From an uncultured Candidatus Saccharibacteria bacterium (GTDB lineage: Bacteria > Patescibacteriota > Minisyncoccia > Phycocordibacterales > Zambryskibacteraceae), in NCBI GenBank assembly GCA_964383705.1, contig CAYLHJ010000001.1:37659-101658 (forward strand): a stretch of 64,000 nt of DNA, in the 5' to 3' direction. The position numbers and the translations under genes were made by a program. Below are positions 1-10,451 of the stretch, piece after piece. Each line of letters begins with the position of its first letter. The first letter of the stretch is position 1. The notes under the pieces are model-generated. The model made no database searches, was not told the DNA's origin, and was given only the letters and a program-made list of their open reading frames with translations.

Positions 1-391
1 AGCCACTTCTTCCTAAGATTGTGCTGATTGCAATATACAGAAGGACGAAAAGGAAGCTCATATTGGCTAAATCACGAATGGTTGCCCACGCAATAGTAAT
101 ACCAGTTATGCCATCAATGTTAGATGACATATTTGTAACTGTATATTCCAAAACGGTATTTAACATGAGACCGGAAAACCACAGAATCCAAGAAGCAAGA
201 GCCATAGGTATTTTCAAAAGGGCCGCCGCTACAACGCCAATCGGGTCACAAAGAGCATCTGGTAGAATTGGACAGCCAACACTGTCTTCAGCGTTAGCGG
301 TTTGAAAATTAATTGGTATTACCACAAATACCAAAAGAATAAAAAGTAATCCAATTATTTTCTTATTTTTTTGTAAAAAATTTACAATCAT
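1..391 (-). CDS. VirB6/TrbL-like polytopic membrane protein typical of Parcubacteria (runs off window start)
   Basis: Manual translation from ATG at 391: MIVNFLQKNKKIIGLLFILLVF...AWATIRDLANMSFLFVLLYIAISTILG, open to position 1; not in the ORF track. Confidence 0.6.
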   Translation of the reverse strand, partial: MIVNFLQKNKKIIGLLFILLVFVVIPINFQTANAEDSVGCPILPDALCDPIGVVAAALLKIPMALASWILWFSGLMLNTVLEYTVTNMSSNIDGITGITIAWATIRDLANMSFLFVLLYIAISTILGRSG

Positions 392-392
392 T

Positions 393-1928
393 TTAGTAGA
401 CAATCACTGGATCACAATTTATTGTTCCTGGTTTTGTTGTTGTATCATTGTCAATTACTGTGACACTCAGTGACTGGCTTCCCAAGTGTGAGCCACCATA
501 GAGTCTCTTGAATGTCGGAATATTTGTTGTCTTTGGTAGCCAATCTGTGGTTGGGAAGAAATTACCAGTTGATGGATCAAAGAATCCTTGGGTTGTAGGA
601 CTACTTCCATCCCAGGTATAAGCTTTAAATGACCCAGAGCCTCCGGCAGGTATAACTGTCCAAGTAACATATTCATGGACTGCCACACTTGTTTTATCGG
701 GGAAACAGCTTCCGCCAATTGTTCCATAATTTGAAACATCAACAGCTTGATTGCATTGAATTCTAGAAGTTGTTTGTTGGGGAACTCCGTTTACGGTTTT
801 TGTGCTTGTTATATCAACAGCGGCCGTCTTTGCTCCTGGCGTCATGTAGGTAAAGATATTTGTCGCGGTAGTTCCAGATAAGCCATCCGTTCCACTCCAA
901 GAATAAGTAGGATTGTTTAGGTTCACAGTGGCTACTGTCCAAGTAACTGGAAATCCAACGATTGCTGTATCTGAATCAGGGTAACAGGCTGAAGTTGGAT
1001 TGCCTCCTCCCCCTCCATATCCACCTCCCGACCACGGAGGATTACTATTATTTATAATTCCAGTGGCATTAAATACTCTTCCAACAAGCTGGCCGACAAG
1101 TGCGCTTACAATTTCATCAAATTCATCGGCCAGCTCTAATTGGCTAATCTCTGATCCAAGTGTTTTTTGTAATTGACTTTCAATTACAACACCAGGCGTT
1201 TTTGTTGGTCCGCGCTCAACACATTTTCCATTTGCGTCTTTTCTTATGCAATCGGCGTACGAAAGAAATCCGCTACCCCAATCTAATCTGGCGATTTCAA
1301 TATTTTCCTGACCTTGGATACGAAGAACCAATTCATTTTGCGCAGCAGCTAATGCCCCGTAAGGATTATTTGTTGGTTCCTGGGTTAATGAATACCACCC
1401 AGACCATCCTCCCTGAGAAAAATCACCATCAAGAAATCCTTGAACATTTGAAACTATGTCAGTTAAAGTACATTGTGTGTTATATGGATCACGATCTCTT
1501 CTTAATTTTTGCAAATATAGACGCAAAGAGGCTTCAACATTTAGCTTGAATGGGCTACAGAGAGCGCTCCCCCCAATTGATTGTATGAAATCACCACCGA
1601 CATTGTTTGCGACATCAAGGAGGAAACTTTCTGGATCAGTTGCAAAAGCGGGGTTTCCTTCAAAGCCGTTGTTTATCCAGTCAACGACTTGGTCAGACAT
1701 ATTTTCTAATAGTTTTTTAACAATCATAATCATAACTGAGTCATAAGTAATCCCTTTCACGGTGTGTCCGAATACAGTTAACCCCACTTCTTTGTTTCTC
1801 ACTTCAGCATCAGAAACTGGTATTGGACCTAAGACAGCTTCTGTTTTTGTTGGTTGAAGCAAAAATGGGCCGAGAATTGTTACAACGAGGAACAGAGAGT
1901 ATAGTTTTTTGTTTTTGGCTAAAATCAT
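393..1928 (-). CDS. Secreted hypothetical protein, conserved CPR-type N-domain plus two PKD/Ig-like repeats
   Basis: Signal peptide; VDWINNGFEGNPAF motif; repeated C-x-P-D...VTWTV...YSW/YTW units; start could be 1940. Confidence 0.6.
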   Translation of the reverse strand: MILAKNKKLYSLFLVVTILGPFLLQPTKTEAVLGPIPVSDAEVRNKEVGLTVFGHTVKGITYDSVMIMIVKKLLENMSDQVVDWINNGFEGNPAFATDPESFLLDVANNVGGDFIQSIGGSALCSPFKLNVEASLRLYLQKLRRDRDPYNTQCTLTDIVSNVQGFLDGDFSQGGWSGWYSLTQEPTNNPYGALAAAQNELVLRIQGQENIEIARLDWGSGFLSYADCIRKDANGKCVERGPTKTPGVVIESQLQKTLGSEISQLELADEFDEIVSALVGQLVGRVFNATGIINNSNPPWSGGGYGGGGGNPTSACYPDSDTAIVGFPVTWTVATVNLNNPTYSWSGTDGLSGTTATNIFTYMTPGAKTAAVDITSTKTVNGVPQQTTSRIQCNQAVDVSNYGTIGGSCFPDKTSVAVHEYVTWTVIPAGGSGSFKAYTWDGSSPTTQGFFDPSTGNFFPTTDWLPKTTNIPTFKRLYGGSHLGSQSLSVTVIDNDTTTKPGTINCDPVIVY

Positions 1929-2881
1929 ATTGAATTCCAAAATGCAAACCCGGCCTCGCCGTTTAGAAAAATTATACCATTTGTCGAAATGAAAATTTTT
2001 ATTTCTTGAAGTATTTCTGTTTCATTTACTGTTGCTGTTTCATGTTCTTTTATGCCTAGGGCAGAAATAAGGGGGTCTTCATTTATTAGCTCTATCTTTT
2101 TTAATCCTTGAGCACTTTGTCCGTAGTTATTTAGGAGTTTTAAATGAGTTTCTTTCAGGCCCTGCGGAGCGGGTATTTTTGATAGCTCATCTGCCATGTC
2201 GTGGTAAAGTTCTCCCGCTAAAATAAGATTTTCTATGAATGCAGGGTCATTAACGCCCAAAAAGCTAGAATCATTTATTTTTTGTCCATACATATCGTAG
2301 TATTTTTGGCGGATGAGGGCTATTGTATTTGCATATGATTTTATCCTTATTTTGTCCGAGTCTGGGAATGTTAGAATATCGTTGGCGAAATATAATGTCT
2401 CAGGACTCGATTCTGAAATTTCTATCGCAAGCCTTTCTGTCATTTGGTTTATTACATTTGCGTTTACTTTTCCAGACTGCTTTAAAGCAAGATACTCACT
2501 GAACAGCTGCTTTCCTAAGTTTCCTGTTTTATTGCCATCTTCAGCGAATGAGAAACCGGAGCCACTTTCCGTGTTGCCATTGTTATTTTTTATTGATTCT
2601 TCCTTCCTTTTTACAAAGTCGGCATCAGATTCGCCATCATTATCGCTGTCAGATTTTTGTGGATTTGTTTTCCATATAGTTTCTTCCCAATCTTTTAATC
2701 CGTCATTGTCAGTATCTTTTTCATTTATAATTTGATTTTCTACAGAAATCACCTGAGGTGACCCAGCCTTTAATTCAGAATTTTCTTCCTGCGCATTATT
2801 ATTTTTCAATAAAACAAAACCCCCCAATCCTATAATCACTGGAATAAAAAAGTAAAAGAGTTTTTTAGAAGGAAGGTTCAA
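1925..2881 (-). CDS. Membrane-anchored protein with thrombospondin type-3-like Ca-binding repeat
   Basis: N-terminal TM; DTDNDGLKDWEE...DSDNDGESD. Confidence 0.65.
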   Translation of the reverse strand: MNLPSKKLFYFFIPVIIGLGGFVLLKNNNAQEENSELKAGSPQVISVENQIINEKDTDNDGLKDWEETIWKTNPQKSDSDNDGESDADFVKRKEESIKNNNGNTESGSGFSFAEDGNKTGNLGKQLFSEYLALKQSGKVNANVINQMTERLAIEISESSPETLYFANDILTFPDSDKIRIKSYANTIALIRQKYYDMYGQKINDSSFLGVNDPAFIENLILAGELYHDMADELSKIPAPQGLKETHLKLLNNYGQSAQGLKKIELINEDPLISALGIKEHETATVNETEILQEIKIFISTNGIIFLNGEAGFAFWNSI

Positions 2882-2942
2882 GGTTGTTAGATGAATTATA
2901 TCAAAAAATATGCTTATTTTTCCTCTTAAAATAGAATATTAA

Positions 2943-2951
2943 TGTGGATAA
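2943..2951 (-). promoter_or_regulatory. Perfect DnaA box in divergent intergenic region
   Basis: TGTGGATAA = reverse complement of TTATCCACA. Confidence 0.55.
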
Positions 2952-3005
2952 AAGTTTACCAAGGATTAAGGACTGACTTTGGTTGATTTCATATATAATG
3001 TCTTT

Positions 3006-4043
3006 ATGAAAATACGATTTAGGAATTACGGATTCTTACTATTTTTTCTAACAAATATATTATTTTTTGCTCAATCTCCAATAATTAAGTCAGAAACGAT
3101 GCTTCTTAACAGGCATTTAGAATTAGGCGCAAAAGGCCCCGATGTTTTCATTTTGCAGACTATTTTGAATAAGAGTGAAGAAACAAAAATTGCAAATTCA
3201 GGCCCAGGATCTCCTGGGTTTGAGACAGATTATTTTGGTATTCTTACGAAAAAAGCTGTGGAACGATTCCAAAATATTTATAAATCAGAAATTCTTTTTC
3301 CATCGAACTTATTAAACCCAACTGGATATGTTGGAGAAGCGACATTAAGAAAATTAAATTCTGTATTTTTGTCAGACCCTACTAATGGGCATAATGAGGA
3401 TATTAAAATCATCAAGGAAGACAAAAATTTTGTTTCTAAAAATCCAGTACCTATAAATTTTGGGGAGAATAACTTTGTTCACGTTTTTTCAGTTTTTCCA
3501 TATAGGGCTACTCCAGGAGATTCAATTAAAATTACGGGTTCTGGTTTTGGTCTAGATGAAAATATTGTCACTTTTAATAACCTTTATCCTATTAGTAAGT
3601 TGAGAAGCGAAGATGGTTCTACCATCATTACCAAAATACCTGATAATATCCCTTTTGGGGCATATGATATTGCGGTTAGTAATAAATATAAAAAAAATGG
3701 AATAAGTTACGCTAAGGCCAAAGTTTTAGTTAGTGATAAATCATTGCCTCCGCCATCTATTAAGGAAGTTACTCCGAGTAGCAATTCTTTATCAGACACC
3801 ATTACTATTTATGGGAGCGGTTTTTTAAAGGAAGGGAATAATATCTTTTCAAGTCTTGGGGAGATCAAGAATCTTCCTTCCTCGGACGGTAAAACAATAA
3901 AGGTTTCAATTTCATCGTTTCCATTTGCTAACAAACTAAAAGGGCCAGTTGATGTTTCTGGTTTGGATGTGGCAGTGTATTTGTATGTTCAGAATGATAA
4001 CGGAGTCCAAAGTGAACCATCGGTATTTTATATTCGTCTATAA
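3006..4043 (+). CDS. Peptidoglycan-binding domain plus IPT/TIG domain protein
   Basis: LELGAKGPDVFILQTILN...YFGILTKKAVERFQ; two ITGSGF/IYGSGF IPT repeats; TATAAT 6 nt before ATG 3006. Confidence 0.75.
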   Translation: MKIRFRNYGFLLFFLTNILFFAQSPIIKSETMLLNRHLELGAKGPDVFILQTILNKSEETKIANSGPGSPGFETDYFGILTKKAVERFQNIYKSEILFPSNLLNPTGYVGEATLRKLNSVFLSDPTNGHNEDIKIIKEDKNFVSKNPVPINFGENNFVHVFSVFPYRATPGDSIKITGSGFGLDENIVTFNNLYPISKLRSEDGSTIITKIPDNIPFGAYDIAVSNKYKKNGISYAKAKVLVSDKSLPPPSIKEVTPSSNSLSDTITIYGSGFLKEGNNIFSSLGEIKNLPSSDGKTIKVSISSFPFANKLKGPVDVSGLDVAVYLYVQNDNGVQSEPSVFYIRL

Positions 4044-4051
4044 TAAATTAT

Positions 4052-4432
4052 ATGACTTTTGATAAAAAAATTATACTCAGTTTTTGTTTGGTGTTTGTAT
4101 TTTTTTTCCTAATAATTTCTCCTGTCTACGCAATTCCATCAGGCTTGCCATTTGGTGGATTAGTTAACTTCACTCTTCCCTGCACTTGCACAGGTAGTCT
4201 CTATATTTGGTTTACTCCACTTTATTTTGGACCAACCCCAGTGACCGGTTCTCTTGTATTTACTCCTTTTGCTTCCGTCTTATACGAAAATTATCTTATA
4301 GGTGTTCCTAGTATGTGGCATTTGGGTGATTATAAACCAGGAATTCAAGCTTGTTTTATAATTACTCCAGTGGGGTGTATTCCCATACCGTCAGCAGGAG
4401 TTATTGGTCAGGTAGGGACAAGTGTCTACTAA
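4052..4432 (+). CDS. Small secreted Cys-containing hypothetical protein
   Basis: Signal peptide; PFGG...PCTC motif. Confidence 0.6.
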   Translation: MTFDKKIILSFCLVFVFFFLIISPVYAIPSGLPFGGLVNFTLPCTCTGSLYIWFTPLYFGPTPVTGSLVFTPFASVLYENYLIGVPSMWHLGDYKPGIQACFIITPVGCIPIPSAGVIGQVGTSVY

Positions 4433-5198
4433 GACACCACCACTCTTTTAGGGAGAGATTTTCTGGTCTTGATAATTTTGGAATCTTGCAGGTGGAAAGG
4501 ATACTTTCAATACTATCTGAATAGGAATTTAGTGTTTTTTTTAACATCTTTCTTTTTTGGCCAAACGCAGTTTTGACTACATTAAAGTATTTTTCTTCAG
4601 ATAAATTGGCAAAGAAATCTTTGGAAATGTTTTCGATAGACAAAATTGCAGAATCTACTTTTGGTTTTGGAGAGAATAATTCCTTTTTAACTGTTTGAAT
4701 ATATTTCGGGTTTCCATAGGATTTTACTGATATGGAAAGAATACTTTCTTTTCCATCATTCGCCACGATTCTTTTCGCTACCTCTTTTTGTAGTAAAAAA
4801 ACAATTTGTGTTGGTTGGCAATTGCCTCCGAGAAGTTTTTTAATTAGTGCGCCAGAAATATAATATGGGATATTTGCTATCGCTTTGTATGGTTGTTTTA
4901 AATTTGGAATGTTAGGAAAAATTTCTAGAATATCTCCATATATTAAAATTAATTTGCCTGATTGTATTTCTTTAGAAAAAATCTCCTTCAAATATTGAAT
5001 AAGACGGGCGTCTTTTTCTACAGCAATAACGGTGGCCCCCCTTATAAGAATTTGTTTAGTGAGAATCCCTTTTCCTGGTCCAATTTCAAGGATGAGATTG
5101 TCTTCTGCAATATTTCCAGCAGAAACGATGGTTTTTACTATTGCATTACTTTTTAAAAAATTTTGTCCGAGTGATTTTTTAGCGTACATAAATATCAA
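4401..5198 (-). CDS. rsmA: 16S rRNA m6,2A dimethyltransferase KsgA
   Basis: AKKSLGQNFL, EIGPGKG, ANIPYYIS, PKPKVDS. Confidence 0.95.
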   Translation of the reverse strand: MIFMYAKKSLGQNFLKSNAIVKTIVSAGNIAEDNLILEIGPGKGILTKQILIRGATVIAVEKDARLIQYLKEIFSKEIQSGKLILIYGDILEIFPNIPNLKQPYKAIANIPYYISGALIKKLLGGNCQPTQIVFLLQKEVAKRIVANDGKESILSISVKSYGNPKYIQTVKKELFSPKPKVDSAILSIENISKDFFANLSEEKYFNVVKTAFGQKRKMLKKTLNSYSDSIESILSTCKIPKLSRPENLSLKEWWCLSRHLSLPDQ

Positions 5199-7129
5199 AA
5201 ATCAATACTAAAAATTGGTTTACGAAGCAAGCCAAAAGTCCCTTCCTCCCTGATTATTGAAGAGTCTGGTATATCAAAAACAAATTCCGAAGGTAGATTA
5301 ACTTGTTTTACGCCGAAGAGAGTTCTTGTTTGTGAGTGAGAAATAAATAGTTTTTTTCGTGCTCGAGTTATTGCAACATAAAACAATCTGCGTTCCTCCT
5401 CATCGTCTTCATTTTTAATAATTTTTTCATTGTCTCTTTTGTGTGGGAAAAGACCATCTTCGAGTCCCACAATGAATACGTAATCAAACTCAAGCCCTTT
5501 TGCGGCGTGGACGGTCATAAGCTTAACCCCCGCCTTATTGTTATCTAATTCATCCTGGTCACTCTGAAGACTTGCATTTGTTAAAAATTGCTCAATTCCC
5601 ACTGTGCCAATTGTCTGGTCATAGCGGGACGCTATCGTGGCAAGCTCCCTTATGTTTTCTAGGCGGTCTTCTTCACCACCCAACTTCCCTTCAAGCATTT
5701 CTCCAATCCCGCTTTTTTTTATAACAAATTTTACGGTCTCTGACGGTTTAGAAGTTTTTGCTATAGTCTGAATATCAATAAGTAGTTTCCTAAATTTTTC
5801 ATATTCAATACGGGCTTGTCGTGGTAGTTCTTCTATTTTTCCTTCTAATATTTTTAATAATGACACTTTGCCAATACCACGGGTTGGCACGTTTACGATT
5901 CTTTTTAAGTCAGAGATATTGTCTGGCTCCAATGCTAATCTAATGTAACAGAGGATGTCTTTCACCTCTTTTCTTTCAAAAAAGCGAGTGCCAATGAGCT
6001 GATACGATATTCCATAAGAAATAAATGCTTCTTCCAGCACTCTTGATTGGAAATTAGCTCTATAGAGGACTGCGATTTCTTCACTCGGTATTCCATTTGC
6101 GATTAATCCCCCCACTTTTGTTGCGACGAATTCTGATTCGCTGACCTCGTCAAAACCTTCAAAAATAGAAATCTGCTCTCCTGTTGGATTTTTCGTATAT
6201 AGATTTTTTTCTTTCCTAAATATGTTCTTTTTGATTATGGCATTGGCCGCTTCAAGGATTATTTTAGTTGATCTGTAATTCTCTTCGAGGATGACAACTT
6301 TTGTTCCTGGATAATCTTTTTCGAAATCTAGAATATTTTTTAATCTTGCCCCTCGCCAACTATAAATATTTTGATCAATATCGCCAACTGCGCATATGTT
6401 CGGATTTTCTCCGGCAATATGTTTGGCGATTTTATATTGAATAATGTTAGTGTCTTGATATTCGTCGATGTGAATATATTGCCATTTTGATTGATAGTAT
6501 TGTCTAATATCTTCTTTTTGGAGAAGTTTCTCGGTTTTGGTAAGTAGGTCATCAAAATCTAAAGCTTTTTCGGCTTTTAATTGAAGCTCGTATTCTTTCC
6601 AGATTTTTGCCACGATATTTCCCAAATAATCTTCTTCTGTCGCTTGTTCATAATCTTCTTGTGAAACTCCAGCGCATTTTTCTTTAGAAATTATTGAAAG
6701 CATTTTACCTGGCTCGAATTGTTTAGGATCAAGCCCGGCCTTTTTTAGGGCATTTTTTATTAGACTCTTGGAATCGTTTCGGTCAAATATAGTGAAATGT
6801 TTAGGTAAAGCCAAAATATTAGATTGTTCTCTTAATATGTGAACGCCAAGAGAGTGAAATGTGCTTACAAAAGGCGTTTCTTCTAAACTAATAGGCCTGT
6901 TAAGCTCAGGATCTTTGAGAGCAATGATTATGCGTTCTCGCATCTCACTTGCTGCTTTGTTGGTAAAAGTTATGGCTAATATTTTTGAAGGCGCCACCCC
7001 AGTTTTTATGAGATTTTTAACTCTCTCTACTATTGTTCTTGTCTTTCCTGCCCCAGCGCCAGCCAGTATAAGCACGGGCCCCGTCAAAGTACTCGAAGCT
7101 TCTTTTTGAGCAGCATTTAATCCTGACAT
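5195..7129 (-). CDS. pcrA: UvrD/PcrA SF1 DNA helicase
   Basis: AGAGAGKT, DEYQDTN, GDIDQNIY, TVHAAKGLEF, YVAITRA; start set at ATG 7129, 6 nt after TGcTATAGT. Confidence 0.93.
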   Translation of the reverse strand: MSGLNAAQKEASSTLTGPVLILAGAGAGKTRTIVERVKNLIKTGVAPSKILAITFTNKAASEMRERIIIALKDPELNRPISLEETPFVSTFHSLGVHILREQSNILALPKHFTIFDRNDSKSLIKNALKKAGLDPKQFEPGKMLSIISKEKCAGVSQEDYEQATEEDYLGNIVAKIWKEYELQLKAEKALDFDDLLTKTEKLLQKEDIRQYYQSKWQYIHIDEYQDTNIIQYKIAKHIAGENPNICAVGDIDQNIYSWRGARLKNILDFEKDYPGTKVVILEENYRSTKIILEAANAIIKKNIFRKEKNLYTKNPTGEQISIFEGFDEVSESEFVATKVGGLIANGIPSEEIAVLYRANFQSRVLEEAFISYGISYQLIGTRFFERKEVKDILCYIRLALEPDNISDLKRIVNVPTRGIGKVSLLKILEGKIEELPRQARIEYEKFRKLLIDIQTIAKTSKPSETVKFVIKKSGIGEMLEGKLGGEEDRLENIRELATIASRYDQTIGTVGIEQFLTNASLQSDQDELDNNKAGVKLMTVHAAKGLEFDYVFIVGLEDGLFPHKRDNEKIIKNEDDEEERRLFYVAITRARKKLFISHSQTRTLFGVKQVNLPSEFVFDIPDSSIIREEGTFGLLRKPIFSIDF

Positions 7130-7410
7130 TGTGACACTATAGCACAGTAAATAGCCGTTTTTTGACAAAAAGTTATATCCACATGCTAGTGTTTTTTTGA
7201 TTGACTCGGTCTCTTATATGAAGATATAATGATTATGTTTTTAGATAAATACCAATTCACTTTTATGGCTCTGTTGAGCCATAAGTTGTTCAGGAAGACA
7301 GAATTATCATTATTTTTAGGCCTATATTACCTTTCCTTCGTTTCTTTAGATTTAGAAAAATTATATTTAAAGCTTCTCTTTGGGGGAAATTATCATTATT
7401 TTCCGGCATC

Positions 7411-8406
7411 TTGAGGCATAAATTAGTTGTAGCAATTCTTCTTTTTGCTATACCACTTGGTGTAAGTGCTGGACTACTTTCTTTATTCAATAGCTTATTT
7501 TCTCCTGCACCGAGAAGCAATACCTTCGCTCATAATTCACAGAATATTCCTCTTTTGCAGGCCGCACTAAATACTAATCCAAATCCTATCTCTGGTGGTG
7601 GTGATATTACGATAGTCGGTGGGACGGCTCTTTTCTCCGAAAGTGGCATGCTCGGTGGTTTGGCGGAAAACCAAAAAGATCAAGCAAGTTCTGATCAAAT
7701 AAGTATATATGTTGTTCGTGAAGGCGACACCTTAGGTGCTATAGCAAGAATGTTTGGTGTTTCAGTAAATACTATAAGGTGGAATAACGATATAAGTGGG
7801 TCGACAATCTCTCCCGGCCAAACTCTCACTATTCTTCCAGTTTCCGGTATTCGTCATACTGTAAAAAGCGGAGACACATTAAGCAGTATCGTCAAAAAGT
7901 ATAAGGGTGACATTGAGGATGTTAAAAAATATAACAACATAAATAGCTCAACTAAACTTGCTGTTGGCGATATTGTTATTATTCCTGACGGAGAAATAGG
8001 TTATGAAAATTCTGGCTCAGGAAGCCAATCAAGAATTAGATTTACTGAGGCAACAAAAGTCTATGAAGGTTACTATATGCGCCCAACTACTGGCCCAAAG
8101 ACACAAGGTGTTCATGGATATAACGGTGTAGATATCGCTCCTCAGCGAGGCACTCCAATTGTCGCATCAGCAAAAGGCAATGTCATCATTAGTAAGAATT
8201 CAGGATGGAATGGCGGTTATGGAAAATACGTGGTTATACAGCATTCAAACGGGACCCAAACTTTGTATGCACATATGGACGAAACATCTGTTACTCAGGG
8301 GGCAAGTGTTGCCCAAGGGGAGGTTATAGGTTATGTTGGCGCAACAGGCAAAGCAACAGGACCACATCTTCACTTTGAGATTCGTGGTGCAAAAAATCCG
8401 TTTTAA
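7411..8406 (+). CDS. LysM-LysM-M23 family cell-wall peptidase
   Basis: YVVREGDTL, HTVKSGDTL, HGYNGVD, YAH, GPHLHFE. Confidence 0.9.
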   Translation: MRHKLVVAILLFAIPLGVSAGLLSLFNSLFSPAPRSNTFAHNSQNIPLLQAALNTNPNPISGGGDITIVGGTALFSESGMLGGLAENQKDQASSDQISIYVVREGDTLGAIARMFGVSVNTIRWNNDISGSTISPGQTLTILPVSGIRHTVKSGDTLSSIVKKYKGDIEDVKKYNNINSSTKLAVGDIVIIPDGEIGYENSGSGSQSRIRFTEATKVYEGYYMRPTTGPKTQGVHGYNGVDIAPQRGTPIVASAKGNVIISKNSGWNGGYGKYVVIQHSNGTQTLYAHMDETSVTQGASVAQGEVIGYVGATGKATGPHLHFEIRGAKNPF

Positions 8407-8467
8407 TCCGGATTTGCTTCTTCCCATTTATTGAAATGGGCGGAATCAAATCTAGATAATGTGCCAA

Positions 8468-8497
8468 GAAAAATCGAGAGCTTGCTCTCGATTTTTC
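8468..8497. terminator. Bidirectional intrinsic terminator
   Basis: GAAAAATCGAGAG-CTTG-CTCTCGATTTTTC between convergent genes. Confidence 0.75.
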
Positions 8498-10023
8498 TAT
8501 TGTCTTTTTGGTCTATATTGTATAGCTTCCAATACATGTCTTGGTAAAACTTTCTCACTTTTTTCTAAATCAGCGATTGTTCTAGAGATTTTTATTATTT
8601 TATGATAGACGCGGGGAGAAAGTGATAACTGTAAAGCCGAAGAATTTAAGATTGCTCTAGTTTCTTCGTCCATTTCGACATGCGAAACAAGATCTCGCAC
8701 AGACATTTCTGCATTTGTTCTTAAATTAGCATTTTTGCCAAATCTTTTTTGTTGTAATTTGCGTGCAAGTATAATCCTTTCTCTAACTAATTCAGAGGAT
8801 TCTCCAATATTTTCTCCTGAAAGTTTTTCATGATCGATTCTTGGGACTTCAAGCCAAATATCAATACGTTCAATAATTGGCCCAGATATTTTTCTCTGGT
8901 ATCGCAATAATTGAATTGGTGAGCAAACACATTCTTTACCTCTAAATCCGTAATTACCACAAGGACAGGGATTCATGGCAGCCACCAATATAAAATTTGC
9001 TGGAAACTGGGCACTTCCTTTTGCCCGAGAAACCGAGACGACCCTGTCTTCCAATGGTTGTCTGAGGGCTTCTATTACTCTTCGTTCAAATTCTGCGAAT
9101 TCATCTAAAAAGAGAACGCCTTTGTGGGCGAGCGTTACTTCTCCTGGTTTTGGGGTCGCTCCTCCACCAACAATTGCGACGTAAGAGGCTGTATGATGAG
9201 GAGAACGAAAAGGAGACTCGGTTACAAGAGAATCATGTAGCGTCCCGGAGACGGAATGTATCCCAGTGACTTCCAAAATTTCTTCAAAAGAAAGTTCTGG
9301 TAATACTCCGGCAAAAGCTTTTGCAAGCATAGTCTTTCCTGTGCCTGGAGGCCCATATAAGGCCACGTTGTGGCCACCGGCAGCGGCTATTTCCAACCCT
9401 CGCTTTGCGGTTTCTTGTCCACGAATGTCTTTTAGGTCAACTGTTGGAGTATTTCTGCTTCTCATAATTTCAGTCTTTGGTTGGGGGTTTAATTTTTTTA
9501 CGTTATTATCGTTGAGATGGTCAATGATATCTGTAAGACTTTCTGCTCCATAAATTATTACCCCGTCAATAAGAGCCGCCTCAACTGCGTTTTCTTTTGG
9601 CACGAATATATGATCGAAACCTCTTTTTTGAGACTCTCGAACAAGAGGGAGAGTTCCGGTAATTGGTCGCAGTTTTCCATCTAGGGCTAATTCTCCAAGG
9701 AAAATCATTTTTTCTGGATGAAATTTAATTTCTTCTGTTGCAAGCAAATAGGCTATTGCCATAGCTAAATCAAATGCGGGGCCCTCTTTCTTGATATCTG
9801 CGGGAGCTAGCGATATAACAACTTTTTCGTTTTTGTTTTTTGGTGATTTGAATCCAGAATTTTTTATAGCAGCAGATATTCGATCACGGGATTCTTCCAC
9901 AGCTTTGTCTGGTAGTCCAACAATGGAAAAAGAGTGGAGACCTTTTGATAAATCAACTTCTACATCAATAATGTGCGCTTTGAGTAAGGATGTTTGTGCG
10001 CTATGAACTTTGGCGAAGCTCAT
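8497..10023 (-). CDS. comM: ComM/YifB Mg-chelatase-like AAA+ ATPase
   Basis: IVGLPDKAVEESRDR, GPPGTGKT, RSPHHTAS, NPCPCG. Confidence 0.93.
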   Translation of the reverse strand: MSFAKVHSAQTSLLKAHIIDVEVDLSKGLHSFSIVGLPDKAVEESRDRISAAIKNSGFKSPKNKNEKVVISLAPADIKKEGPAFDLAMAIAYLLATEEIKFHPEKMIFLGELALDGKLRPITGTLPLVRESQKRGFDHIFVPKENAVEAALIDGVIIYGAESLTDIIDHLNDNNVKKLNPQPKTEIMRSRNTPTVDLKDIRGQETAKRGLEIAAAGGHNVALYGPPGTGKTMLAKAFAGVLPELSFEEILEVTGIHSVSGTLHDSLVTESPFRSPHHTASYVAIVGGGATPKPGEVTLAHKGVLFLDEFAEFERRVIEALRQPLEDRVVSVSRAKGSAQFPANFILVAAMNPCPCGNYGFRGKECVCSPIQLLRYQRKISGPIIERIDIWLEVPRIDHEKLSGENIGESSELVRERIILARKLQQKRFGKNANLRTNAEMSVRDLVSHVEMDEETRAILNSSALQLSLSPRVYHKIIKISRTIADLEKSEKVLPRHVLEAIQYRPKRQ

Positions 10024-10034
10024 AGATTTTTTTG

Positions 10035-10415
10035 TTACTGATTACCCCTGTTTTCGGCGGCATGTTTTTTGCTGGTTCGTGCGGCAGGATTTGCTTCTAA
10101 TCGGTCGATTTCAATTGGCTCGCCGGAGATTTCACATGTTCCGTATGTGCCATTATCTATTCTTTCAAGAGCATCTTTAACTTCATTAAAACGAATTTCA
10201 AGCTGCTTTAAGATTGCGGTGTTATTTTCAAATTCCTCAATGCTGTCAGCCACCTCATTTTCATCGGCATTCAAGATATCCATCTTGGCTGGCGTTGCTT
10301 GCCAGTCAGAAGCATTTTCTGGATTAATACGTCCGACAGATGAAAGCTCTTTCTCTAATAGAGACTTTTCTGCTTCAAGTTTTTCCTTAAAGTGTTGAAG
10401 TTGTCTTTCGTCCAT
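10035..10415 (-). CDS. DksA/TraR family protein with degenerate Zn finger
   Basis: DALERIDNGTYGTCEISGEPIEIDRLEANPAART; only one Cys. Confidence 0.85.
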   Translation of the reverse strand: MDERQLQHFKEKLEAEKSLLEKELSSVGRINPENASDWQATPAKMDILNADENEVADSIEEFENNTAILKQLEIRFNEVKDALERIDNGTYGTCEISGEPIEIDRLEANPAARTSKKHAAENRGNQ

Positions 10416-10451
10416 ATAGTTAATGATAGCAGGAGGGATTTTTAAAGTAAA

